Shown here piece after piece: positions 8,159-17,800 of a DNA stretch of 64,000 bases. The stretch lies in the IMG/VR virus record IMGVR_UViG_3300000651_000004, positions 14,596 through 78,595 of that record; one strand, given 5' to 3'. The first letter of the stretch is position 1, and each line of letters starts with the position of its first letter. The position numbers were made by a program, and so were the translations under genes. The notes under the pieces were generated by a model, which worked only from the letters and a program-made list of their open reading frames with translations, searched no databases and was not told the DNA's origin. This stretch comes from a virus.

Positions 8159-8531
8159 AATGCGTGCCCTGGAATGCTTTCACCCGCTTGGGCCGTATAT
8201 CCATATCGTGATGCCCAATGAAAAGATCCTTTTAAGAATCTTGTTGGAGGCTTTTGAGCTTAAAGACATTGTTGATGGAGATTTGGTGAAGTTGGAAAAG
8301 CTGGCTTCTGCCAAAAATCCGGCTGACAAATGCACCGCGTATAAACTGGCCTTCCTGGAAGAAGACGCCTGGGCGATTGTTGCCTTGCGCGCACGGATCA
8401 ACAGCACTTACTCCGTTCGGGCGCTTTTTATCCGGGTTGATCCTGAGTCTGAAGTTCCAGGGTTCCAGGTTGCCGAGCTGATGCGGATCGAGCTGGCTAA
8501 AGCCATGGTCAAATACGGGGAAGAACATTAG
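8148..8531 (+). CDS. Hypothetical protein
   Basis: ATG at 8148, overlapping the upstream gene. Confidence 0.65.
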   Translation: MKIEMRALECFHPLGPYIHIVMPNEKILLRILLEAFELKDIVDGDLVKLEKLASAKNPADKCTAYKLAFLEEDAWAIVALRARINSTYSVRALFIRVDPESEVPGFQVAELMRIELAKAMVKYGEEH

Positions 8532-8547
8532 TATTACAACGTAATAC
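8531..8547. promoter_or_regulatory. Perfect inverted repeat GTATTAC-AAC-GTAATAC, possible operator
   Basis: 7-bp arms with a 3-bp spacer at the start of an AT-rich intergenic gap. Confidence 0.3.
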
Positions 8548-8591
8548 ATCCAAAAAAGTGAAAAAAATTTGTAGCCCTACCGTTTTTAGAA

Positions 8592-8948
8592 ATGAGTACA
8601 ATCGCGATCGATTTTGACGGAGTTTTGAGCGATTACACCGGCTGGAAAGGCCACGGCGCGCCATTCGACCCACCGGTTGATGGAGCTTTACAAGCTATCA
8701 GAGACTATAAAGATGCAGGATTTGATGTCTGCATTCATACTTCTCGCGCCGACAGCGGCAAGTCGGTCAGCCGGTTAACCCGTTGGTTCATGGATCATGG
8801 ATTGGAGCGCCGGTACCTGGAAGGGCTGACAATCACCAACGAAAAACCTCCCGCCATAATTTACATCGACGATCGAGCCTGGTGTTTTACCGGGCGCTTT
8901 CCTAGTGTTGAAGAACTAAAGAACTTCAAGACATGGAAGGGTATGTAA
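8592..8948 (+). CDS. HAD-superfamily phosphatase (small, capless)
   Basis: IAIDFDGVL (motif I), HTSR (motif II), KP...YIDDRA (motifs III/IV). Confidence 0.85.
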   Translation: MSTIAIDFDGVLSDYTGWKGHGAPFDPPVDGALQAIRDYKDAGFDVCIHTSRADSGKSVSRLTRWFMDHGLERRYLEGLTITNEKPPAIIYIDDRAWCFTGRFPSVEELKNFKTWKGM

Positions 8949-9010
8949 TCAACGTCGCAGTCATCTTCGCTCTTGTCATCTTCGTCTCGTGGATGTTCAA
9001 GACGATGTAA
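8933..9010 (+). CDS. 25-aa single-pass membrane peptide (not in the ORF track)
   Basis: MEGYVINVAVIFALVIFVSWMFKTM; fills the gap between two + strand genes. Confidence 0.5.
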   Translation: MEGYVINVAVIFALVIFVSWMFKTM

Positions 9011-9029
9011 GAAACAAGCAAGGAAACAA

Positions 9030-10226
9030 ATGAGTAATCAATACGAAGACTCGGAGTTTGTCGCGCACCCTCCGGGTATAGCTAAACAACATAAAATAGA
9101 TATGCGCGCCGGCTTTCCGCCCATGAAAACGGCGAAGCAAATGCAGAAACTGGCACCCAAGTGCTGGGCTCTGTTCTTCAGCAGAAAATATATCCTGCCC
9201 AATTACCGGGCACCCTATTACAGTCCGCAGGACTTCATTAATTTCATGGAGTTCTCGACCCTGGTGGGCTTGCCGTACTCCTCTTATCGGGACGACATCA
9301 TGTGTGCTGCTTTCTGCAACACAGCAGGTAGCCTGTACCTGAACCGGCCTACGCTGTTCTATGAGCACGAGCTGGCCGCACGGCTCATCAATGCCCCACT
9401 GCCAGAGGATATGTCAGCCGATGATTTCAAATGGAAATGGCCCACCTTCAGGGTCTATCTGCCTGATCGCCTGATCAATCTGGATGAGCATCACTGGCTG
9501 ATGTTCATGGACATCTCGCTCCTGGAAGAAGACGAGGGCCGGTGCGTGCCGCCTGATATCGCCACTGAGCTGGATCATTACGTGATCCATATGCATCCCA
9601 ATCAGACGCCCAACTTGTCTTTCAACAATTTTACGTTCCACTATCCCGATCGAGCGATTGTGATCAGCGGAATCGTCAATTGCGTAGACGGCACCCAGAA
9701 AGCTGATCTTACCACCTACGCCATGGTGAAACCGTTTAAAGCTTATACGGTCAAGGAGATTAAGGGGATGACCGAACACTTGAAGAGCGCTTGGGACTGT
9801 GACCAGGCTGATGACGCTGTGACCAGGCAGATGGAACACCTGGCACTCCAGACTCTGCTATTCCTTGGTGCTTACCCGCTGGAATACGAGCCGCGCGTGG
9901 CGCGCAAGCCAGGGGTGGCAGGTAAGCGGCAGATCACCGGCCTTTATTACGCCAAGTTTGTTGGCGAGTCCCAGATCCGGCCTAAGCCGGGGGAGCCGCA
10001 CCATATTGCTTCTGCTGCCCAGGTGGTGGGCGCTACTGCTCCCGGCAATATCCTCTCTTACGAGCGCGGCGGCTGGCACCTGGCACCCCACTGGCGTTCA
10101 GGGCACTGGGTGCGTCAGCCTTACGGGCCGGGGTCTCGACTTCGTAAACTTATCTGGGTCAACACTTTTGGAGTAGGGTTCGGTGAACCCAAGGAGGAAA
10201 ATGGAGGACAAACCCAATCTACCTGA
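9030..10226 (+). CDS. Phage protein with a C-terminal PHWRxGHW motif
   Basis: APHWRSGHWVRQPYGPG...KLIWV; ATG at 9030. Confidence 0.75.
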   Translation: MSNQYEDSEFVAHPPGIAKQHKIDMRAGFPPMKTAKQMQKLAPKCWALFFSRKYILPNYRAPYYSPQDFINFMEFSTLVGLPYSSYRDDIMCAAFCNTAGSLYLNRPTLFYEHELAARLINAPLPEDMSADDFKWKWPTFRVYLPDRLINLDEHHWLMFMDISLLEEDEGRCVPPDIATELDHYVIHMHPNQTPNLSFNNFTFHYPDRAIVISGIVNCVDGTQKADLTTYAMVKPFKAYTVKEIKGMTEHLKSAWDCDQADDAVTRQMEHLALQTLLFLGAYPLEYEPRVARKPGVAGKRQITGLYYAKFVGESQIRPKPGEPHHIASAAQVVGATAPGNILSYERGGWHLAPHWRSGHWVRQPYGPGSRLRKLIWVNTFGVGFGEPKEENGGQTQST

Positions 10227-10494
10227 GCGAGTCATGCCCTGCTGCGGGTACAAGGTCGATACCGCTGCAGATCTTTGGAGTGAAGAGACTCAAAAGCTGG
10301 GTACTTTGTATCCCGCACCACCAAAATCTGGAGATATCACAGTCTGCTTAAACTGTTCCACCTTGCTGGTTTTTACCAGCGACGATGGGGAAGTGCGCCT
10401 GGCGCGCGCCAGGGAAGTTCATACTTTAAGTGCCAGGGGGAGGCGCGTGTTGCGTACGGTACAAAAGTTTATTCGAAACCGCAGGCGTCGGTGA
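10201..10494 (+). CDS. Small Cys-containing protein
   Basis: PCCG...CLNC; preceded by AGGAGG. Confidence 0.7.
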   Translation: MEDKPNLPERVMPCCGYKVDTAADLWSEETQKLGTLYPAPPKSGDITVCLNCSTLLVFTSDDGEVRLARAREVHTLSARGRRVLRTVQKFIRNRRRR

Positions 10495-10564
10495 TAGATT
10501 CTAGTCCCAAGCGCGGTGAAATCTTGCGGATCGCTGATTGCCAAGGGCGATATGCCGTGAGTGG

Positions 10565-10738
10565 CTACCTGTGGGGGCAGCCCGCCGCGCGGTTTCTTTT
10601 CCAGAGGCGCGCTTTAATAGGAATCTCTTCGTCTATTTTTCCCGTCTTCTTTAGACGATTCCAGTGCGCGTCACATAACTGGCGCGCAATTGCGGGGCGC
10701 GTACAGATCGGCACCCGGCACTTCTTCCATTTAGACAC
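10565..10738 (-). CDS. 57-aa Zn-finger microprotein (not in the ORF track)
   Basis: GTG start; KCRVPICTRPAIARQLCDAHWNR gives C-x4-C-x9-C-x2-H. Confidence 0.6.
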   Translation of the reverse strand: MSKWKKCRVPICTRPAIARQLCDAHWNRLKKTGKIDEEIPIKARLWKRNRAAGCPHR

Positions 10739-10907
10739 TGTGATTAGCTTTTTTACGTGACCCTAGCGGTACGTAATCAACACCGCCATCTTCGTGAATC
10801 TTAATGGCGAAAGGTTGCAGGATTTCATCGTGCCCTTCGTTTAAAGCAGCTGCGTAAGCATCATCAATCATCTCACAAAGTTCATCCTTGAATTGCTCGA
10901 TGTTCAT
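10731..10907 (-). CDS. Small hypothetical protein
   Basis: MNIEQFKDEL...; preceded by GGAGAG. Confidence 0.55.
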   Translation of the reverse strand: MNIEQFKDELCEMIDDAYAAALNEGHDEILQPFAIKIHEDGGVDYVPLGSRKKANHSV

Positions 10908-11448
10908 CGGACTCTCCTGGTTTATTATCGACGAAATTTTCAAGCCCGATTGCAATCGCGTCTGCCAGGAGCGTCAGGTAATCGAGCTTCATTAACTGCT
11001 GCTCGGTTTCCGGGTGCGAGATGAAACCCACCTCAACCAGGATAGCCGGCATGCGCGTACCATTTAAGACGTGCAAATCGCTTCGATGCTTCAATCCACG
11101 ATTACGTTCTCTAGTTACCGCAATCAAAGACTGTTGCACTGGTGTTGCTAGGGCTTTACCTTTTTCAGTCTTATATAATGTCTCAATCCCGTGAGCATCC
11201 GGGCCGTCCGAGTTGCAATGAATACTCACGAAATAATCCGCGCCCCAATCGTTTGCTACTTCGCACCGGTAACCAAGAGAGATAAATATTTCGCTAGTCC
11301 GGGTAAGCAATGTGCTCCAACCATATTCTTGCAACACTTTACTCATCTCTTCAGAGATGATCAGGTTAGTGGCTGATTCAGTCAGCCCGTGCTTACCTAC
11401 GGCACCTGGGTCGGTGCCGCCGTGGCCTGGATCGATAGCAATTTTCAT
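10882..11448 (-). CDS. N-acetylmuramoyl-L-alanine amidase (Amidase_3), endolysin
   Basis: IAIDPGHGG, E, VSIHCN and ILVEVGF Zn-binding and catalytic motifs. Confidence 0.95.
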   Translation of the reverse strand: MKIAIDPGHGGTDPGAVGKHGLTESATNLIISEEMSKVLQEYGWSTLLTRTSEIFISLGYRCEVANDWGADYFVSIHCNSDGPDAHGIETLYKTEKGKALATPVQQSLIAVTRERNRGLKHRSDLHVLNGTRMPAILVEVGFISHPETEQQLMKLDYLTLLADAIAIGLENFVDNKPGESDEHRAIQG

Positions 11449-11816
11449 GGTTTCTTATTGAGTTGACGTTCAATACCATTGACGTCTTGCAATAAATTGG
11501 TCAGCATTTTGCGATTCTCGGCACTGTCCTGGTTGCCTCGATTAAAATCATCCTTGCTCTCCTTGATCCAGTCGTGAACTTCTTGGAGTTGCTTGCGCAT
11601 GTCTTCGCGCAAACGTTGCTCCCCTTCCCAGGCTACCCTTCGATTGACCTGGAGTTCTTCCTTATTACGATCCGATGCGTTCCAGGTCGCCACCCAATTA
11701 AAGACTCCGGTCACGGCAATGAGAAGCAACGTGCCGAACTGCACCCAGGCGTGCCCGCTCTGGGCGAGCGTTGTCAGTAACGCCATCATTCCCTTGTGGT
11801 TTTGTTCGGCTGGCAT
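11445..11816 (-). CDS. Holin-like membrane protein with a coiled-coil C-terminus
   Basis: N-terminal hydrophobic helix; ATGA-coupled to the endolysin. Confidence 0.5.
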   Translation of the reverse strand: MPAEQNHKGMMALLTTLAQSGHAWVQFGTLLLIAVTGVFNWVATWNASDRNKEELQVNRRVAWEGEQRLREDMRKQLQEVHDWIKESKDDFNRGNQDSAENRKMLTNLLQDVNGIERQLNKKP

Positions 11817-11820
11817 CTAG

Positions 11821-14800
11821 TCATTCTTCTCCCTCTTCTTCAGGCTCCTCGTAATGAAAGGTGCGCCGGGAAAACAAACTGCTCGGCACATAGTTGCCGT
11901 TATGCCTGGCATTCTTTAAGATTCCCTCGCTCGGTATATAAGGATGGTACCGGCCAGCCATCAGATCATCGATTACCTGAGCTGAATAGCGCCTGGCTGC
12001 CAGCGCAATCCTAATTTCATTTGAACTCATTCCACCAAAGCGTGCTGCTTCAATCCTGTCGTGCAAATCATTGAACGCATTCCTTCTCGCGTTCTCGCTC
12101 TTCTGGTAAAGCGCAGCGATTTGATCATCGCTTAAGTTTGAGTTGCTTCTTTGGATAGGCGAGGTAAAGAGCTGCTCAGTCTTACCGATCTGATCTTTGC
12201 TTGAAGCTATATAGCTTCTGAACCTCTCCGGAAAAGACACCTCGTGCATGCCTAAGCCGGTGATCTCAGCCGCCGGGCCGGTCAACCAGTTGTAAACCGC
12301 CCCGCCAGGTGTCACCTGGTCATTGATGGCATAAGCTCGTCCACTTAACAGGTGCCCGACTGATCCGCCGAGTCCTCGCTGGGTCAGATAATGAAGAATG
12401 TCCCCGCTTCTGGTCCAGATGTCTTCATTAGGATTGTAAACCTGGGTACCGTATGAAGTCTGATTACGCGCCACATCAATCACCGGGCCGGTAAAAAGCC
12501 CGAAGCTGTACATCGGTTTAAATATTTCATTCACGAAATCTGCTCCAGCACCCATGATTCCATCCGGGTTGTTCCGCATGTTGAGCAACGCGTGGAACGC
12601 CTGGTAAATGGTGCTGGCCTGATTGGTATAGCCCATATTGATATACGCCATCTTGTTGCCGTCTTTAGGCAAATAAAAGATGGCGTTGTGCTGTTCCCAA
12701 GGCGGCAGGAGCTTGCGAAAGTTTTCGTCATCCTTCTCACTGATCCCAAAGGCAGCCATGGTTGCTCTCTGGATTAGGTATGTTCCCAGAAGAGTGCTCA
12801 TTGCCCCGCCCAATCGTGCGGCTCCATTCCATCGTCGGCGCGAGTTATCGGAAACTAAATTTTTCCAGCCATGAATAACATTATTGAGCCAGGCTTTGAT
12901 ATGCTGCTCTCCGAAACTTAAGAAGGTGCCAAGCAACGGGTTGCGTCGGAGCGCCATGATGTTGGGGCTGACCTGGGAATAAGAGATGTTGGTATCTCGT
13001 ATCTCTTTGGCAGCTGTCTGTTCAATTTCTTCATCACTTAAACGCCGGCCGCCTTTAGCCACATCTTCATCATTGATCCAACGCTGGATCGCTTTTTCCA
13101 TATGAAATTGAATCACCTTCGACATGAAGGGTCCGGTGGTGTGCAGTTTCTGCATCCAATCCTTTGCTGTCTCACCCGCTCTTAGCCATGGTTGTTCTTT
13201 CATTATTCGCTGTGACCAATGGCTGTAGGCTTCCTGCAGATCCAGCGGCACCGTTCCTGCCTGGGCCTGGTGCTGGATAAAGTTCATCATCTCATGAATG
13301 TTAGTTTCCTTATCCCCCAGTCCCAGCCGGATGTAATGTTCCAGCTCAGCCTGGCGCTGCGGATTAGTCTGGCGCATAAGATCGGCCATGAACACTTGGC
13401 CTGCTTTCTTCCAGCTTAAGCCTAACGCTTTCAAAGCAGGCCCCTGGAAGTAGTATCCATTTACCATCGGCTGCATGTAGGTGGTGTGAAAGTTTCCCAT
13501 GCTGCGCGGGAGGTTGCCCATCGTAGCCAGGTAACGTGTTGCACTCTCCATTTTGCGTATCCCCTGGCCAATAAAACCGGATTTAAATTTAACCAGGTTT
13601 TGATTATAACTGGTGAGCCCTGCAGCTACCTCCGGGGTCGTGTACATGCCGCGCACCTTGCCCAGGTGATCGAAGTCTTCTGGCAATCGCACGCTGCAGG
13701 TGGGAGTCATGGTCGGTGAAAGCCAGCCGCCTTGACGCCCGAGAGTGTACATCCCATCGGCAATTTCATGGGCAGCAATGAATTTTGCCTGCCGTTCCAT
13801 GGACTGCTGATAGATCTTGCGGATGTCGCCCATGTTTTTGGTTTGTCTATAGCGGCCAGTGGGATTACCAAACTTGTCCAGTATCGGGATATCAGCGCCA
13901 GGTCCGAACTTGCCCATCAACTGATGAACTTCCGGGGGCATGTATTTGAGATCCTTCATGATTGAATCATCAATATTGTAAGCGTGCCCATACTGTAGGA
14001 AGTGGGTCTGCTTGTTGCGGGTGCGCTGCTCCCATTCATTAAATTTATAGTCCAGGAAGTTGGCCCCGGTATGCTTCATGGCGGCAGCCTTCTCGGCAAA
14101 GTAAGCTCGGCGCGCAGCCAGCCTGGCCACCGGGTCAGTGGGGTCAGGGTGTTTGCGTAACTCATTGTTGCGCGCTTCTTCCGCCCGATACTTGGCGTAC
14201 TGGGTCCGATTATCACCGACCAGCCAGGCGTCTACCGCTGCTTCAGCCGCTGCCAGGCGCACACCTTGCGGTGCGGCCGCTGTTTTTTCCCCAGTAAATT
14301 CTGGCCGGCGACGCCAACGGGTGTCGTTAAAAACATCGTAGCTGGTGGTAAAATACTTGCCGATATTGTTGCGGATGGCGATGAGCTTGTCTTGGCCAAC
14401 CATCTTCTTCATCCCGATGTACTGAGAGTTGTCATCGACATCATTGCGCATGTTATAGAGCGAATCGATTAGCTCATTGCTCCAGCCAGGGGGTGGGTTC
14501 ATCTCCATCCGCGCAACCTTTAAAAAGTCCTCGGTAATTTTGGGGTCCAGTTTGTCGTAATGAACTTTGAATTGCCGTTGCGCAGCCTTCTCCAGGTCAC
14601 GCATCCGGCTATTCACCCTGGAGCTTACCGCTTGGAAGTCGTAGGTCTTATGCTGTGTAATCAGCTCCTGTAATTCCGGAGGCAAATTGCCGCCGTATTT
14701 CCAGTCTTTGCCCCACCGGATGATCTTGGAAGCCAGGCTGTCATAGTCTTGTTTGCTACCGCCCAAAGGCAAAGCCAGGCGGTTCAGAGTCTGATCATCC

Positions 14801-17800
14801 AGACTGTTTAGCCCCTGGTGCGCCTGGATAAATTGCTGCAGGGTGATTGCCTTATCTTTAAATGCCTGGTCAACCACGTGCCGTAAGGCTTCAGTGTCAT
14901 GGTGCTGGGTGCCGGTAACCTTGGCCAGGTGATCAAGGATATCGGTCGGCTGATTCATAGTCTTCAGCTCCGGGGTGGACCGGATCATCCCATCGGTGCG
15001 CGGTTCGCCCACCATGTGCGGTGCGGCCAGGTCGCGCGCATTCTGACTGAAGGCGTTGCCTTCTCTCCATTCACTGAGCCATTGACGTAGCGTGTCTTTC
15101 GGCACTGAGCGAGCGCCAGTGTATCCTTCCCGGTTCGCACGTTCTTCCAGCGCTCGCCTGGCGAGTAGGTTCTCACGCATCACCATGGAACTGCGCACCT
15201 TTAAACCCCCGGCTGTGACATCGGCTTCCATCAGTCGCCGGCCGTCGCCGGCCAGGGACATGGTATTATTGAATGCGCGTCCCAGTAGGGTGTCATCCCT
15301 GAACCCGAGAAGTTTGCGTATCCAGTTAAAGGTTTTGTGCAGCAGGTTCTTGTGCGGAGCTTCCGCTTTGATTCCATTCAGGTGATCCTGCAACTCGCCG
15401 TTGCTTAAGACTTCAGAGGCAAACTCACGCAGATCGGTGAGCCCATAGAACTTGTTCCCAAGAGCCGGGTCACGCTGCAATAAATCCAGCATGGCAGCTT
15501 CACGCTGCTTATAGGTATCCATGCTGGCGATATCTCTAATAACTTGCGGGGTAGCTGGATCGCGCAGAGCGGCACGGCGCGCGGCCTCAATCTCGGAGAT
15601 GTGATGCATCTGCGCAGGGGAAAGAAGATCAGTCTGCCCTTTCTGGTAAGCGTCGATTGCTCCTTGAGTCAGCGCGTGAGTAACCTCGTGGATGATCGAG
15701 TGTTCGATTGGCTCATCCTCGTAGTGGGGATTAATCTCTACGGTGTCATGCCGGAAATTGTAACCACCGGCATAGCCGCCGATCCGCTCATCCAGGGCGA
15801 TTGCGATCTGTGGATATTTTTTAACTATCTTAGCCAGCTCCCTGGCCAACGCCCGGTGGCGCGGGTTTTCCGATAAGTCGGCAACTTTGGTCAAGGCTTC
15901 ATGTACGCCCTTGTTAAGCCCGTACTTCATTGCTCGCGCAGTAGCCTGCTTTTCCGATGGCGTCATCGGGTACGCGCCTTCCAGGTTATGGGTATTGGGA
16001 TCGAACCGGGTCGGCATCCCTGGATGGTTCGCGCTGAATGTGTGCGCGGAATCGGCGTATCTCAGTGCGTTGGCCCCGAATATCTGGCGAGCCCATTGCC
16101 GGGTGCCTTCCAGGAAGGTGCGCCCGTCAGCCATCCTGACACCGTCCAGGTAACGGCGAAAGTTGCCGTTGCTGAACGCGGCCATAACAAAGTTCTCCGG
16201 GGAATGGGCTGCCCACAGAATGGGCAGCCAATTCTTTTGCTCCTCAGTCATGTAACGGGTATCCATTTCGCGATACCCGCTGGCCTTGAAGTTATCGAAC
16301 TCAGGCGCGATCTCGTTCTCCAGGGCATCACGCAGATCAGCCGGCAAACTGCGTTTAAATCTGTTATGCAGATCTACCAGGCGCTGATGGCTTTGCATCT
16401 CTTCCGGGGTCTGCGGTTGGGCGATCTGGCGCTGGGCAATGGCATGCTGTAAGGTGTGCGCCATCGCCATCATCCCTTGGGGATCATGCACTGCCGAATT
16501 GCTGACCCAGAGCTCGCCGTTATGGGCGAACATCACGCCTACGGGAGAGTTCACCTGGCGCACCGGCATGTCCGTCAGGTTATTCTTGAAAGCGTTAAGC
16601 GTGCGCGCGAACTCCTGCAGGTCGGTATTGGTGGAATGGTTGCGCAGGAACCCAACCAGATCAGTGGCTTTGCCACTAAAGCCGTGCATCGCCTGCACCC
16701 CAGGCACCATCGAGTGCAGGGTGCCGCTTGAGCCGGCCCCTCCTGGGGGCTCAGCCGGTGGAAGGTCACCCATTTGCTGACGCAAGGAATTAATGTGGTC
16801 ATTAATGACTCCTTCACCCACCGTTCCACCCAACGCACGCTGGATGGTCGAGACAATTTCACTTGAATTTAAACCTGTTAATCCAAGCCGGCTGGCCATT
16901 TCCGGGTTTGCTTTCACCGCATTAGCCAGGCTGTCCGCTGCGTCCCAATTAAGTTTCTCGGCGGGTGCCGCCTCACCGGCTGCATAAATTGGTTTGCGTG
17001 GTGCTGCCGCTTCTTCTGCTTGAATAGCCTTGTTAAATTCCCTGCCCCATTCCATCAGGGCCCCGAACTTTTCACTGCGGGAAGGAATCCCGGCCGCCAC
17101 CTGGTCTTTGAGATTGTTGGCAAGATCCGTGATACCGGCCCTGCTCCAATCTCCTGCCAGGCGCTTGGCAACTTCCGGGTAAACCTGGGCGGCTTTCTCG
17201 ATCTGGGGAATAAGTTTCTCGATCGAGGTGCCGGATAATTTAATCTGAGGGATCTGCTCACGCGGTGCAGCAGCTGGTGCTTCAGCCGGTGGTGTTTCAG
17301 CCTCTGGCGCACGTGGTAGAGGTTCTGTTTTCCATCCCTTAGGGAGTAAGCTGTGACTGCCGAAGTTTTCTTCATTCAACGGTTCAGCTCTGTTAAGATC
17401 CACCATTGCCACGTCTAAACTCGTGCCCCTGAATGGAACATCCCGCGAAAAAGGATAATAAACCCCGTTCATTACCTCCCCTGAGCTAGTAGCTTTGTGT
17501 TCGCCTGTAGCCCTTGGTCCTTGAATCTCAGCCTGTATGGCTGAAACGGTGTGCGAACCAGATATAAAGATTTTGCCGTCCTGCCTTTGAACGGCTCTTC
17601 CATTGGGTATGTCCGACCAAGGTCGCCGGTATCCCGAACTGTCTACATAAGGGGACGGAGCAGTATTGCCAGGAGTCTGTTCGATAGCTTCCCTTAACTT
17701 AACCGGCTGTTCCGTAGGTGTTTCCGGTGTCGACAGTCTTACTAGGAGTCGCTTCTCGCCGCGATCAGTTAGGGCTCCTGCGCGCTGGTGCTCAGTGGCA

